Assembly (NCBI GenBank): GCA_965217775.1
Contig: CBDCJH010000002.1
Coordinates: 2,208,001-2,272,000, forward strand
Length of the DNA stretch: 64,000 nucleotides
DNA from: Acidobacteriota bacterium
GTDB lineage: Bacteria > Acidobacteriota > UBA6911 > RPQK01 > JAJDTT01
Direction: 5' to 3'
Positions 36,397 through 46,384 of this stretch are shown one piece after another. The number at the start of each line of letters is the position of its first letter. The stretch's first letter is position 1. The position numbers and the translations under genes were made by a program. Below the pieces are notes generated by a model. The model did no database searches and was not told the origin of the DNA. It was given only the letters and a program-made list of their open reading frames with translations.

Positions 36397-37776
36397 TCAA
36401 GACCCCACCAACGTCGAAGCCAGCCTGCTGACCTTGCGGACTGCCGCTCCGATTTCTTCCATGTCGGAACGCGAACCCAGAAAGACGGATTGCCCCAACC
36501 AGACGGCCTCTTCGCAGAGGCGGTCGTTCTCGGGGCAGCGATTCCGCTCGGGCCACTCCTTGAGGACCCTTTCCGGATAGATTCTCCGAAAGGCACGGGA
36601 CTGGAGGGTCTGCTCCAGGAACGGCTCCCGGTTCAGTGGACGATAGCCGGGCGAGCAGCGAACCCCCTCCGCCCGAAGCGCTTCCAGGAATCGGTTCCTC
36701 GGAAGACCCGCAAAAGCTTCGGGCCGGTAGCGGAACATGTAGAGGTGGTAGGCATTGCCGGTGCAGCCCTCGTATTGCCGCGAGGGCTCGATGCCGGGAA
36801 TCTCGTCGAACAGCCGAGTCAGGTAGGCAGCGTTCTCCCTTCGAAGCCGAGTCTGGGCGTCGAGGCGCTGCAATTGGGCCAGCAGCAGCGCCCCCTGAAA
36901 TTCGGTCATGCGCCGGTTGTCGCCGCTTCGCACGTGCGCCAACGGTGCGGCCGCTCGCTCCAGGTGTCCCTCGGACGTCGCCTGGTAGGCCCGCCCGGCG
37001 TCCTGGAAGCTGGTGCAGATCGCGGCCAGTTCGGGGTCGTCCCCGGAAATCGCTCCCCCTTCTCCGCAATTGAGATTCTTGGAAGCCTGAAAGCTGAAGC
37101 AACCCAGATCTCCCAAGGTTCCTACCGGGCGTCCTCTCCATTCCGCCAGATGAGACTGGCAGGCGTCTTCCACCACCTTCAGCCCCCGGCTCCGGGAGAT
37201 CTTCAGGATCCGGTCCAGGTCACACACGTTGCCCCCCAAATGAACCGGGATGACGGCTCGCGTCCGTTCGGTTGCCGCTTGCTCGATTCGAGACGGATCC
37301 AGTTGGGAGGTTTCACGATCGGAATCCGCAAAAATGGGCAGGGCGTGGCAGAGCAGAACCACGTTGATGGTGGCAACGAAAGTGTATGGGGGGACGATGA
37401 CCTCGTCTCCGGGTCCCACCCCCAAGGCATTCAACGAAGTGTAGAGGGCGCTGGTCCCGCTGGAGGTGGCGACGACGTACCTGGCGCCCAGCCGATCCCT
37501 CCACTCCGCCTCGAAACGCTCGACGTAGCTGCCGCCCCTGCGGTTCCAGCGCCGCGTTTCCAGCACTTCTTTCCAGATCTTCCGGTCGCCGTCTTCGAGG
37601 ATCGGCCACGAGCTGAAGGGCCGCGACCGGACCGGAGTTCCCCCCAGCAGAGCCAGCCGATCGTCTCGAGTCGTTTTCGTCAGCGGCGCCGAGGCCGCCC
37701 GGCCCGTAAGCCGGGCGCCTGCAAACGCGGCCGAGGCGCCAAGAAAGAATCGGCGCGACCAACTTCTGCCTTTCAT
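36397..37776 (-). CDS. DegT/DnrJ-family aminotransferase with Tat signal
   Basis: SRRFFLG Tat motif; SSGTSAL, EDACQ and [13 protein letters not shown]. Confidence 0.9.
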   Translation of the reverse strand: MKGRSWSRRFFLGASAAFAGARLTGRAASAPLTKTTRDDRLALLGGTPVRSRPFSSWPILEDGDRKIWKEVLETRRWNRRGGSYVERFEAEWRDRLGARYVVATSSGTSALYTSLNALGVGPGDEVIVPPYTFVATINVVLLCHALPIFADSDRETSQLDPSRIEQAATERTRAVIPVHLGGNVCDLDRILKISRSRGLKVVEDACQSHLAEWRGRPVGTLGDLGCFSFQASKNLNCGEGGAISGDDPELAAICTSFQDAGRAYQATSEGHLERAAAPLAHVRSGDNRRMTEFQGALLLAQLQRLDAQTRLRRENAAYLTRLFDEIPGIEPSRQYEGCTGNAYHLYMFRYRPEAFAGLPRNRFLEALRAEGVRCSPGYRPLNREPFLEQTLQSRAFRRIYPERVLKEWPERNRCPENDRLCEEAVWLGQSVFLGSRSDMEEIGAAVRKVSRLASTLVGS

Positions 37777-37812
37777 TTGCACCTCCCGTCGATGCCCCCG
37801 CGTTTATCCTCC

Positions 37813-38808
37813 TCAGGAAAAGGCGACGTGGACGCCCAGATCCTGGTCGCGGGCCTGCTGGTAAATGGTGCGAGCGATCGTAGTGTCCTGGATGCCGATC
37901 CCCACTCCGTCATAGAGGGTGATCTGATCCTCGTCCGTCCGGCCCGCGACGTCCCCGTTGATGACCTGGCCCAGCGAGCCGGCATAGCAGTCCTGACCCA
38001 GGATTCCAGCCTCCACCGCCTGACTCACCTCGCCCCGAACCAGAGCATGCTCGACAAAATCGGCGAAAAGCCGGCAGCGGGGCATCAACTCCATTTCACA
38101 TTCGATCTTCTCCCCCAGATCCGAACCCATGCAGCAGAGATGAGTTCCGGGCCGCACCCAATCGGACTGGACGATGGGCCGGCGGCTGGTGGTCGCGGTT
38201 ACGATGACGTCCGCCCCGCGGCACGCCTCCTCGGCCTCCGCCACCTGGATCGGCGCCGGCGCCTCGCCGGCGAGTTCGCGGCTCACCTGCTCGGCCGCTT
38301 CCCGGCGCAGATCGTGGAGGTAGATCCGGCTGAAGGGCCGGACCGAGCTGACCGCCCGCAGGCACTGGCGTCCCAACTGTCCGGCACCGATCACGGTCAG
38401 CGTCGCCGAATCGGAACGGCTCAAGCGTTTCGCGCTCACCGCCGCAGCCGCGCCGGTACGGTACATGGTGGGCAGGGTGCCGTCGCAGATCATCAGGAGC
38501 TCTCCGGTCCGGGGCTCGAATGCCGCGATCCAACTGTTGGTGGTGGGCAGCCCCCACTCCAGGTTGTCGGCCCGTTCCTGGCCGACCTTCATGGAAAGCA
38601 GGTCGGCGGCCTCGGTATAGCCGGTGATGCAGGCCGCCATGCCCCCGCTCGTCCCGGGAATCGACAACGGATAGATGGCTTTGGGAGGGAGGAAATCATT
38701 GCCCCGCTCGAATTCTCCCATGGCGTGCTCGATGGCGGGGATGGCGGCCTTGATGTCGATTCGGGAACCGATGTCCTTGCGGGTCAGAATGATTGTTTCT
38801 CGAGCCAT
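37813..38808 (-). CDS. Ornithine cyclodeaminase/mu-crystallin family protein
   Basis: TMYRTGAA, IGAGQLG, ADVIVTAT and GIGIQD motifs. Confidence 0.88.
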   Translation of the reverse strand: MARETIILTRKDIGSRIDIKAAIPAIEHAMGEFERGNDFLPPKAIYPLSIPGTSGGMAACITGYTEAADLLSMKVGQERADNLEWGLPTTNSWIAAFEPRTGELLMICDGTLPTMYRTGAAAAVSAKRLSRSDSATLTVIGAGQLGRQCLRAVSSVRPFSRIYLHDLRREAAEQVSRELAGEAPAPIQVAEAEEACRGADVIVTATTSRRPIVQSDWVRPGTHLCCMGSDLGEKIECEMELMPRCRLFADFVEHALVRGEVSQAVEAGILGQDCYAGSLGQVINGDVAGRTDEDQITLYDGVGIGIQDTTIARTIYQQARDQDLGVHVAFS

Positions 38809-39950
38809 GGAATCATCCTTTCGAATGCCTTCTCGATCTGGTCCATGGAGGTCGCGAAGCTGATCCTCAAGGCGTTGTTGCAGGATCGGCCGAAAGCGCC
38901 TCCCGGGATGGTGCAGACACGAGCCTCCTTGAGCATCTGCATGGCCACCTCGAATCCATCGGCTCCCTCGGGAAGGAAGGGCATGATGAAGAATGCACCC
39001 CCCGGCTTGTAGCCGGTCAGAGAGGGCGCCTGATCCACCAGTTCCACGATCCGGTCCCGACGCCTGCGGTATTGCCGGACCATTTCGTCGACGCAACTCT
39101 GGTCCCCTTCCAGGGCCGCCACGACGGCCCACTGTGAAGCGGTGTTCTCGGTGGTGCTGATGAACATGTGGTAGCGCTGAAGGTCCACGATGTTCCGGGC
39201 GCTGGAGATGGCCCATCCCAGACGCAGACCGGCCATGGAGTAGGTCTTGGACACGCTGCTGGCCACGATCACATGATCCAGCGACGGGGAGCAGGTCAGA
39301 GCGCTGGCGTATTCCACCTCGTCGAGGATGAGGCACTCGTAGACCTCGTCGCTGATCAGGGCCAGTCCCCGCTCGACCGCCGCCTCGCTGATGGCGCGGA
39401 TCGTCTCCTCGGGATAGATGGCGCCCGTCGGGTTCCCCGGGGAATTGAGCATGATGGCGCAGGTACGATCATTGATGGCGTCGATCACCGCCTGCGGGTC
39501 CAACTGGTACCCTTCCCCGGCCGTCGTGACCAGGGGCCGGGGGATGGCTCCGGCCATGCGAATGATGTGGACCAGGATGAAGACCGGCTCGACGACGATC
39601 ACCTCCATGCCCGGTTTGACAGCGGCAGTGAGAGCCATGAACATGGCCTGGCAACAGCCGGTGGTGATGAGGACGTTGTCGGGACCGAGATCGATCCCGT
39701 AGCGGAGATTGTACCAGTCGGCGACGGCCTCCCGGAGCCGGGGCAGGCCGGCGTCCAGCTCATACCGCGTCTTGCCCTCTCGGAGCGCCCGGACGTGTGC
39801 CTCGACGATGTGGGAGGGAGTGGGAAAATCGGGCTGGCCGATGGAGAGATGCACCACATCCTCCATGGCGGCGGCGGTGTTGAAGTACTTGCGAATGGGA
39901 GAGAACGGAAGCTCGGCCAGATTCGGATTCCAGTCGATGCCTGTGGTCAT
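38784..39950 (-). CDS. Class I/II PLP aminotransferase
   Basis: GQPDF, NSPGNPTG, DEVY and SKTYSMAGLRLG motifs. Confidence 0.92.
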   Translation of the reverse strand: MTTGIDWNPNLAELPFSPIRKYFNTAAAMEDVVHLSIGQPDFPTPSHIVEAHVRALREGKTRYELDAGLPRLREAVADWYNLRYGIDLGPDNVLITTGCCQAMFMALTAAVKPGMEVIVVEPVFILVHIIRMAGAIPRPLVTTAGEGYQLDPQAVIDAINDRTCAIMLNSPGNPTGAIYPEETIRAISEAAVERGLALISDEVYECLILDEVEYASALTCSPSLDHVIVASSVSKTYSMAGLRLGWAISSARNIVDLQRYHMFISTTENTASQWAVVAALEGDQSCVDEMVRQYRRRRDRIVELVDQAPSLTGYKPGGAFFIMPFLPEGADGFEVAMQMLKEARVCTIPGGAFGRSCNNALRISFATSMDQIEKAFERMIPWLEKQSF

Positions 39951-40100
39951 GAGTCCTCGGCGCTTGCTCCTCGTCCCTGGACTTCGCGTTCCTTTACAGG
40001 AGCGTGAACTGCGGAAATGCTCTATCAACCCGGAAGCGGTGTCAAGAAGCCTCGGGTAGCGTGCTGAAGCCGCTCATCAGACGAGACGCACGGAGAAATC

Positions 40101-41180
40101 ATGGTCGTAAGGAATAGCCGGATTCGCGGGTTTGCGAGCGATACGAATGCGGGCATCTGCCCCGAAGCCTGGGAGGCGTTGGATCGCGCCAATCGGGGAC
40201 ACGCTCCCGCCTATGGCTTCGACTCCCATACCCAGGAGGCGCGCGCCGCCATTCAGGACCTTTTCGCCACCGATTGCCAAGTCTACTTCGTCTTCACCGG
40301 TTCGGCTGCCAACTCGCTGGCGGTGGCTCATCTCTGCCGCAGCTATGAGCTGGCCATCTGTCACGAGACTGCTCATCTGGACCTGGGGGAATGCGGCGGT
40401 CCGGAGTTCTTCAGCGGCGGCTCCAAGGTGCTGCCCCTGCCGGGAGAGCACGGAAAACTGGACGCCGCCGGCATCCGGTACGCGGTCGAGACTCGAACCC
40501 GCGACTTCCAATACCCAGCCCCCCGGCTCGTCAGCCTGACCCAGGCCACGGAGACGGGAACCGTCTACAGCCTGGAACGGCTCCGGGAAATCTCCAACCT
40601 GAGCCGCGAATTGGGACTCCGGGTCCACATGGACGGGGCCCGTCTGGCAAATGCCCTGATCCACCTGGACTGCGAGCCGGCCGACACGACCTGGAGAGCG
40701 GGTGTCGACGTCCTCTCCTTCGGCTGCACCAAGAATGGACTCCACCAGGGGGAGGCTGTCGTGTTCTTCGATCGGGAGTTGGCCTCGGGCTTCGAGTACC
40801 GTTGGAAGCAATCGGGCCAGGTCGCTTCCAAGATGCGTTTCCTGTCGGCGCCCTGGACGGCCCTTCTCAAGAGCGGCGCCTGGCTCCGCAATGCCCGGCA
40901 CGCCAATGCCTGCGCCGCCCGTCTGGAGCGGGGTTTGAGACGGTTGGAGGGCATCTGCATCCCCTACCCGCGGGAGGCCAACGGCGTGTTCGTCCGGCTC
41001 AAGCCCGCCCTGGCAGCAGCCCTGAGGCAACGGGGCTGGACCGTGGGAATCATGCCCGGCGGCGCCGCCCGCTTCATGTGCAGTTGGGACACCCGGGACG
41101 AGGACGTCGACGCATTGGTCCACGATTTCCGGGAACTGGGAGCCTGCGCGGCAGAAATTGATCTACTGCGAAAGCGGTAG
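40101..41180 (+). CDS. Low-specificity threonine aldolase family protein
   Basis: FASDT, TGSAAN, HMDGAR, SFGCTKNG and SKMRF motifs; C-terminus supplied by MITE-B. Confidence 0.88.
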   Translation: MVVRNSRIRGFASDTNAGICPEAWEALDRANRGHAPAYGFDSHTQEARAAIQDLFATDCQVYFVFTGSAANSLAVAHLCRSYELAICHETAHLDLGECGGPEFFSGGSKVLPLPGEHGKLDAAGIRYAVETRTRDFQYPAPRLVSLTQATETGTVYSLERLREISNLSRELGLRVHMDGARLANALIHLDCEPADTTWRAGVDVLSFGCTKNGLHQGEAVVFFDRELASGFEYRWKQSGQVASKMRFLSAPWTALLKSGAWLRNARHANACAARLERGLRRLEGICIPYPREANGVFVRLKPALAAALRQRGWTVGIMPGGAARFMCSWDTRDEDVDALVHDFRELGACAAEIDLLRKR

Positions 41181-41302
41181 AATCGGTCCATATTTCCCCG
41201 ATTTTTCGGCGAATAGAATGACTATGCACCTCAAAATCGAGAAAATCTGGTCTCGATTCCCCGCTTTCTCGCTACGATCATTCCTACCGCGCAGACTCCT
41301 GG
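41136..41302. mobile_element. MITE family B, copy 2
   Basis: CTGG direct repeats at 41136 and 41299 flanking the TIRs; reverse orientation relative to the 24498 copy. Confidence 0.85.
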
Positions 41303-41329
41303 TTGCCGACCCGGCGCTCACTTGAACCG

Positions 41330-42568
41330 ATGATCCTCGATACCGTGGTCACGCACCCCGATTGGGCCGCCGCCTGGGGCAATTGGGGGAGGGTGGGGGT
41401 CCGCAGGATCGCGGACGCCTGCGCCGCCGGGGGCATCCGCAGGATCTACTGGAGAGCCAACTGCGGCTCCCGGGTCTTCTACCCCAGCCGTCTCGAGGAC
41501 ACCTTTCGGGGCGAGGACCGGGAAGCGTGCGAGGTCCCCGATTACTGGAAGGTCACGCTGGCCGAAACCGATTACTCAACCTGGAACCTGCTGGAGGAGG
41601 CCGTGGAGTGCACTCTCGGAGCCGGCCTGGAGCCCTGGGTCTGGTACGGTCTCTACGAAGAATCCCACGGCCAGGTCTCGCTGACCCGTTTCGCCCGCGA
41701 GCATCCCCAGTACCATGCGGTGGCCCGGGACGGACACCGGAGGTCCTCCCGGCTCGGCTTCGCCTATCCCGAAGTACGGCGCCACAAGCTGGCGGTCGTC
41801 GAGGAACTCATATCCTATGGCTTCCAGGGCGTCCTGTTGGACTTCGTCCGCCAGTTGCCCCGGATCGACGAGAACCTGCCTCCGCAACTGGACCGGCGGG
41901 GCGTCTGCCGGTATGGCTATGAGGCGCCGGCCCTGGAGAGTTACCGGCGGACCCATGGGATCGATCCCAGGGAACAACCCAACCACACCGATTCCTGGAT
42001 TCGCCATCGGGCCGCGTACGTCACCCGTTTCATGGCGGAGCTGGACCGGCAGCGGCGGACCAAGAGTGACGAATATCCCGTGAGCGTGCTGGTGTCGCCG
42101 GAGAGTCCCCTGAGTCAGGTCCTTCCCGACTGGCCCCGCTACGTCCGTGACGGACTCCTGGAGGAGACGAGCCTCTGGCGGATGCGAACCGACGCCCTGA
42201 GGGGCGCGCTGGTGGACTGGACGTCGTGGCTCGCCGGGGGACTCTGCCAGGAGGTCCACATCATGCTGCCCGAATGGAACTTGGCGCGGCTGGACCCGCA
42301 GGCCGTGGCACGGCAGATTCACCAGGCCAGGCAGGCGGCCGGCGACGGAGGCGGCATCCTGGCCGGAATCTACTGCTACAACATGGACCAACTGGGACTG
42401 CGGAAGGGCTCGGCACGGCTGGAATCGGGCGTCCGGGCGGCTCGGGAGGCGGGAGCCGAGGGCGTCGTCCTCTGGGAGTCCACGTCCATCGAGAGCTGGT
42501 CGGGATGGGACAAGTACCTCCCCTCGGGACTGTGGGCCACCGTCGCGCGGCTGGCCGGGGATGCTTGA
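41330..42568 (+). CDS. GHL10/DUF187-like TIM-barrel glycoside-hydrolase-like protein
   Basis: IRRIYWR, F..EHPQY, AYPEVR..KL..EELISYGFQGVLLDF motifs. Confidence 0.6.
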   Translation: MILDTVVTHPDWAAAWGNWGRVGVRRIADACAAGGIRRIYWRANCGSRVFYPSRLEDTFRGEDREACEVPDYWKVTLAETDYSTWNLLEEAVECTLGAGLEPWVWYGLYEESHGQVSLTRFAREHPQYHAVARDGHRRSSRLGFAYPEVRRHKLAVVEELISYGFQGVLLDFVRQLPRIDENLPPQLDRRGVCRYGYEAPALESYRRTHGIDPREQPNHTDSWIRHRAAYVTRFMAELDRQRRTKSDEYPVSVLVSPESPLSQVLPDWPRYVRDGLLEETSLWRMRTDALRGALVDWTSWLAGGLCQEVHIMLPEWNLARLDPQAVARQIHQARQAAGDGGGILAGIYCYNMDQLGLRKGSARLESGVRAAREAGAEGVVLWESTSIESWSGWDKYLPSGLWATVARLAGDA

Positions 42569-42693
42569 ACCGCCGGAGGAGATTCGGCTAATATGGCCGC
42601 AGTCGACCGCAGGGGCCGGCGTCCATAATCGTCCTATTCCCGTTTCCGAGCGCCCTCGGACCGGGAGCCATGCACCGGAAAAAAGGAGTCGCC

Positions 42694-44013
42694 ATGAGCA
42701 AGTCATCCATCAGCCGCCGTCGATTTCTGTCTCGCTCCGCTGGAGTGGGGGCAGGATTGGCCGTCTCCGGGTTCCCCGGAATCGCCAGCGCCCGCAACGT
42801 GAACAATCGGATCAACGTGGGAATCGTGGGTCCGGGCGGCCGCGGCACGAGTCTCCTCAAGAACTTTTTTGCGCAGAACCATCGCTTCAACGCTCACCTG
42901 ACGGCAGTCGCCGATCTCTGGAGCTACCGGCGCGAAGAATCCTCCAAGTTCGTCACCGAAAGGCAGGGGCAGGCTCCCAAGGTGTACCGCCACCACGAAG
43001 AGATCCTGGCCGACGCCGATCTGGATGCCGTCATCATCGCGACTCCCGATCACGCCCACGCCCAGGTCCTGACGGCGGCCGCGGAAGCCGGCAAGGACGC
43101 GTACTGCGAGAAGCCCATGTCCAACGTCCTGGAGGAGGCCAACGACGCCCTGGACGCGGTCAGAAAGGCCGGAACCATCGTTCAGATCGGGACCCAGAGG
43201 CGCTCCTGGCCCAAGTACCGGCAGGCCGCCAAGATGATCGCCGACGGCATCATCGGCGACGTGGTCAAGGTGGATATCCTCTGGAACGCCTACAGTCCCT
43301 ACCGTTGGGCCGGGCGAGCCGACCAGCGCGCCATGGTCAAGGAAAGCGATGTGGATTGGACCAGTTGGCTCATGGGGAAACCCCACCGCCCCTTCGATGC
43401 CAGGATCTTCCGCTGCTTCCGCCTCTGGAAGGACTTCTCCAGCGGCATCATCGACCAGTGGATGACCCACGGAATCGACCTGGCCCACATGTTGGCCGGC
43501 GTGACGACTCCGTTGAGCGCCGTGGCCCACGGCGGCATCTACAAGTATAAGGACTGGAGAGAGAATCCGGACACCTTGGAAGTCGCCCTCGAGTACGAGA
43601 AGGGCGGCAATAAACTCATGGCCGTCTACTCCACCAATCTCATCAACGGCTACGGCAAGGCGACGCAGGTCCACGGCACTCTGGGCAGCTTCTCTCCCGG
43701 CGGCGGGATGGACTGGAAACAGGGCAAGGAGGAGCCCAACGCCGATCCGTCCCAGGGCTGGCGATTCACGGGCAAGGGCGTCAAGGCCGACGGGAAGGTC
43801 GGCGACGTGGTCGAGGTTCCCGATGCCCCGGGCGAAGTCAGCCACATGGCCAACTGGCTCGATGCGGTTCGGCAGCAGGATCCCAAGAGGCTCTACTGCA
43901 CGGTCGACGCGGGCTACGCCCACTCCATCGCCTGCATCATGTCCAACGACGCCTACTGGGCCGGCCGGCGCATGACCTTCGATCCGGTGAAGCGGACCAT
44001 CCAGGCGGGCTGA
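42694..44013 (+). CDS. Gfo/Idh/MocA oxidoreductase with Tat signal
   Basis: SRRRFL; GIVGPGGRG, ATPDHAH, YCEKP and QIGTQRRS motifs. Confidence 0.92.
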   Translation: MSKSSISRRRFLSRSAGVGAGLAVSGFPGIASARNVNNRINVGIVGPGGRGTSLLKNFFAQNHRFNAHLTAVADLWSYRREESSKFVTERQGQAPKVYRHHEEILADADLDAVIIATPDHAHAQVLTAAAEAGKDAYCEKPMSNVLEEANDALDAVRKAGTIVQIGTQRRSWPKYRQAAKMIADGIIGDVVKVDILWNAYSPYRWAGRADQRAMVKESDVDWTSWLMGKPHRPFDARIFRCFRLWKDFSSGIIDQWMTHGIDLAHMLAGVTTPLSAVAHGGIYKYKDWRENPDTLEVALEYEKGGNKLMAVYSTNLINGYGKATQVHGTLGSFSPGGGMDWKQGKEEPNADPSQGWRFTGKGVKADGKVGDVVEVPDAPGEVSHMANWLDAVRQQDPKRLYCTVDAGYAHSIACIMSNDAYWAGRRMTFDPVKRTIQAG

Positions 44014-44501
44014 ACGCCAAGCGACGCTTCCGGCCGAATTCGGTTGGCTAAAGCATCCATTCGGCGGCACGGATCGGCGAAGGGTGGACTTCGCTCGAGG
44101 AGAAGTTTGATGATTCCCCAGACCTTGGGAATCTCATCCCGGCTCCAAGCAAACTAGGGGTTTCGGCCGGGCGATCGGTCAGGCCGACTCCGATTCTATC
44201 GATCAGGACCGATCTGGTTGAGCTTCGGACCGGGACGAGAATGCATCTGGCCGGACTCCGGCGAGATTGCCAAGGTCAGGGCCATGGTGTCCAGTGTCGA
44301 CGCGGACTTCCAGGTGTTCGCCGCTCCGATCGCGATCATCCTCAAGAGCTCCGGGGAACGAAACATCATTGGTTCGGCGCCCGACGGCAAGATGCGTTCT
44401 CATAATCTCAAACGGCTACCCACCGTTGACCGAATCGTATCTCCCCCAACACGACTATTTCCCACAATGCCGCGCCTTTGACAAGAATTGAGGGAGTACC
44501 A

Positions 44502-45674
44502 GTGTTCATACACCGGATTACGCTGCGGAACGCTCTCTCGTTCGGTCCGACCCGGCAAGCTTTGACACTGAATCCACTCAATGTGTTGATCGGGCCGAAC
44601 GGTTCCGGCAAGTCGAACCTGATTGAGGTCGTGGGCTTGCTTCAGGCTGCGCCGACCGACTTGACCGCCCCGATTCGTGAGGGTGGAGGCACAGGAGAAT
44701 GGATCTGGAAGGGAGAGCCGAAGGCATCGTACGCAGAGGTAAGGGTCATTGTCGACAACCCGCATGGACCACAGCGCCTTCGTTTCGGCTTCAAATTCGC
44801 CGAACGCGGGCAGCGATTCGAATTGATCCAGGAAACAATAGAGAACGAAGAGCCTTTTGGACAACAGGTCGATCCATACATCTACTTCGAAGCTTCAGGG
44901 GGGAGAGCGACGCTGAACTATCTGGACGCTGAAGCCCAACGGCGGCAGTTGCGGACGGAAGACATCGACATGGAACAATCGATTCTGGCGCAGCGCAAAG
45001 ATCCCGATCACTACCCCGAACTCACCTACCTTGGGAAGGAATTCAGCACCATGCGCTTGTATCGGGAGTGGTCTTTTGGGCGCTATACGCCACCCCGCCG
45101 GCCTCAGAAATCCAACCTTCCCAATGATTTTCTCGCAGAAGACGGTAGGAACTTGGGATTGGTGCTCAATCGGTTGGCACGGAAATATGAGGTCAAGCAG
45201 CGCATCCTCAAAGCTCTGCATGACCTCTACGATGGTGTGTCGGATTTCCATGTGAATGTTGAGTATGGGACGGTCCAGGTGTTCATGCAGGAAGGCAACG
45301 TGACTGTGCCGGCGACACGATTATCGGACGGCACGCTACGATATCTCTGCCTGTTGGCGGTTCTCTGCGATCCAGACCCTCCGCCGCTGGTCTGTATCGA
45401 GGAACCCGAACTGGGCCTGCACCCCGATGTACTCCCGGTCTTGGCGGATCTCCTGCGTGAGGCGTCCAAACGGTGTCAGTTGATTGTCACGACGCACTCG
45501 GACACGCTCATCGATGCGCTGACGGAGACACCGGAAAGCGTTGTGGTCTGCGAGAAAATCAACCGGCAGACGACCTTGAAACGTCTCGATAAAAGCAAAC
45601 TGGCTCACTGGCTCGACAAGTACCGGCTCGGGGAACTCTGGAGTGCTGGAGAACTCGGAGGAAATCGCTGGTGA
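44502..45674 (+). CDS. ABC-type (AAA_21) ATPase
   Basis: GPNGSGKSN, LSDGT, IEEPELGLHP and TTHS motifs. Confidence 0.9.
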   Translation: MFIHRITLRNALSFGPTRQALTLNPLNVLIGPNGSGKSNLIEVVGLLQAAPTDLTAPIREGGGTGEWIWKGEPKASYAEVRVIVDNPHGPQRLRFGFKFAERGQRFELIQETIENEEPFGQQVDPYIYFEASGGRATLNYLDAEAQRRQLRTEDIDMEQSILAQRKDPDHYPELTYLGKEFSTMRLYREWSFGRYTPPRRPQKSNLPNDFLAEDGRNLGLVLNRLARKYEVKQRILKALHDLYDGVSDFHVNVEYGTVQVFMQEGNVTVPATRLSDGTLRYLCLLAVLCDPDPPPLVCIEEPELGLHPDVLPVLADLLREASKRCQLIVTTHSDTLIDALTETPESVVVCEKINRQTTLKRLDKSKLAHWLDKYRLGELWSAGELGGNRW

Positions 45675-46276
45675 ACGCCAAGGTCTACGTGGAGGGAGGC
45701 GGAGACAGGAGAGAGCTGAGGGCCAGATGCCGCAAAGGTTTCAGTTGCTTCTTCCGCAAGACGGCTCTGGCCGGAAAGATGCCACGAGTCATCGCCTGTG
45801 GTGGTCGGCACAAGGCTTATGACAGATTCTGTACCGCTATCGCCCACGCGAAGGCGGACGTTTTCATCGTTCTGCTGGTCGACAGCGAGGAGCCGGTGAC
45901 GGCTTGTCCGTGGCGGCACGTGAGGGGTCGCGACAACTGGCGCAAGCCCCCCAACGCCACCGACAACAACGTTCATCTCATGGTCCAGTGTATGGAATCC
46001 TGGTTCTTGGCCGACACGGAAGCCTTGGCATCATACTTCGGGAACGGGTTCGCCCGGAATGCGCTTCCAGGTCACGCCAAGGTTGAAGATGTTTCGAAGA
46101 CCGCCCTCATGGAGTCCCTGAAGAGGGCAACGCGGGCGTCTGTCCCCAAGGGGACGTATCACAAGGGGAAACACTCGTTTGATATTCTCTCTTCACTGGA
46201 TCCTCAGAAAGTAGCCGAGGCGTCCCCTTATGTTAAAAGGCTCCTCGGCACGCTGTTGAACAAGTCATCTGAATAA
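45671..46276 (+). CDS. DUF4276-family (Toprim-like) protein
   Basis: VYVEGGG, LVDSE, MESWFLAD and YHKGKHS motifs; GTGA overlap with the ATPase. Confidence 0.8.
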   Translation: MNAKVYVEGGGDRRELRARCRKGFSCFFRKTALAGKMPRVIACGGRHKAYDRFCTAIAHAKADVFIVLLVDSEEPVTACPWRHVRGRDNWRKPPNATDNNVHLMVQCMESWFLADTEALASYFGNGFARNALPGHAKVEDVSKTALMESLKRATRASVPKGTYHKGKHSFDILSSLDPQKVAEASPYVKRLLGTLLNKSSE

Positions 46277-46384
46277 TGATTCCGTTCTCAAACGTCCCCC
46301 GTCGGTCTGGCTGACCCGGCAGACCGCCTGGTGGCGGCAACGTTCAGAATCCGTCACCCGCTGCCAGCCCGCCACGAAGCGAGT

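Noticed and set aside
36490-39012. 840-aa plus-strand ORF
   Set aside because: Antisense to the DegT, cyclodeaminase and aminotransferase genes; no recognisable motifs.
44196-44491. Short ORFs between Gfo and the ATPase
   Set aside because: No recognisable motif or convincing RBS; cannot be supported.
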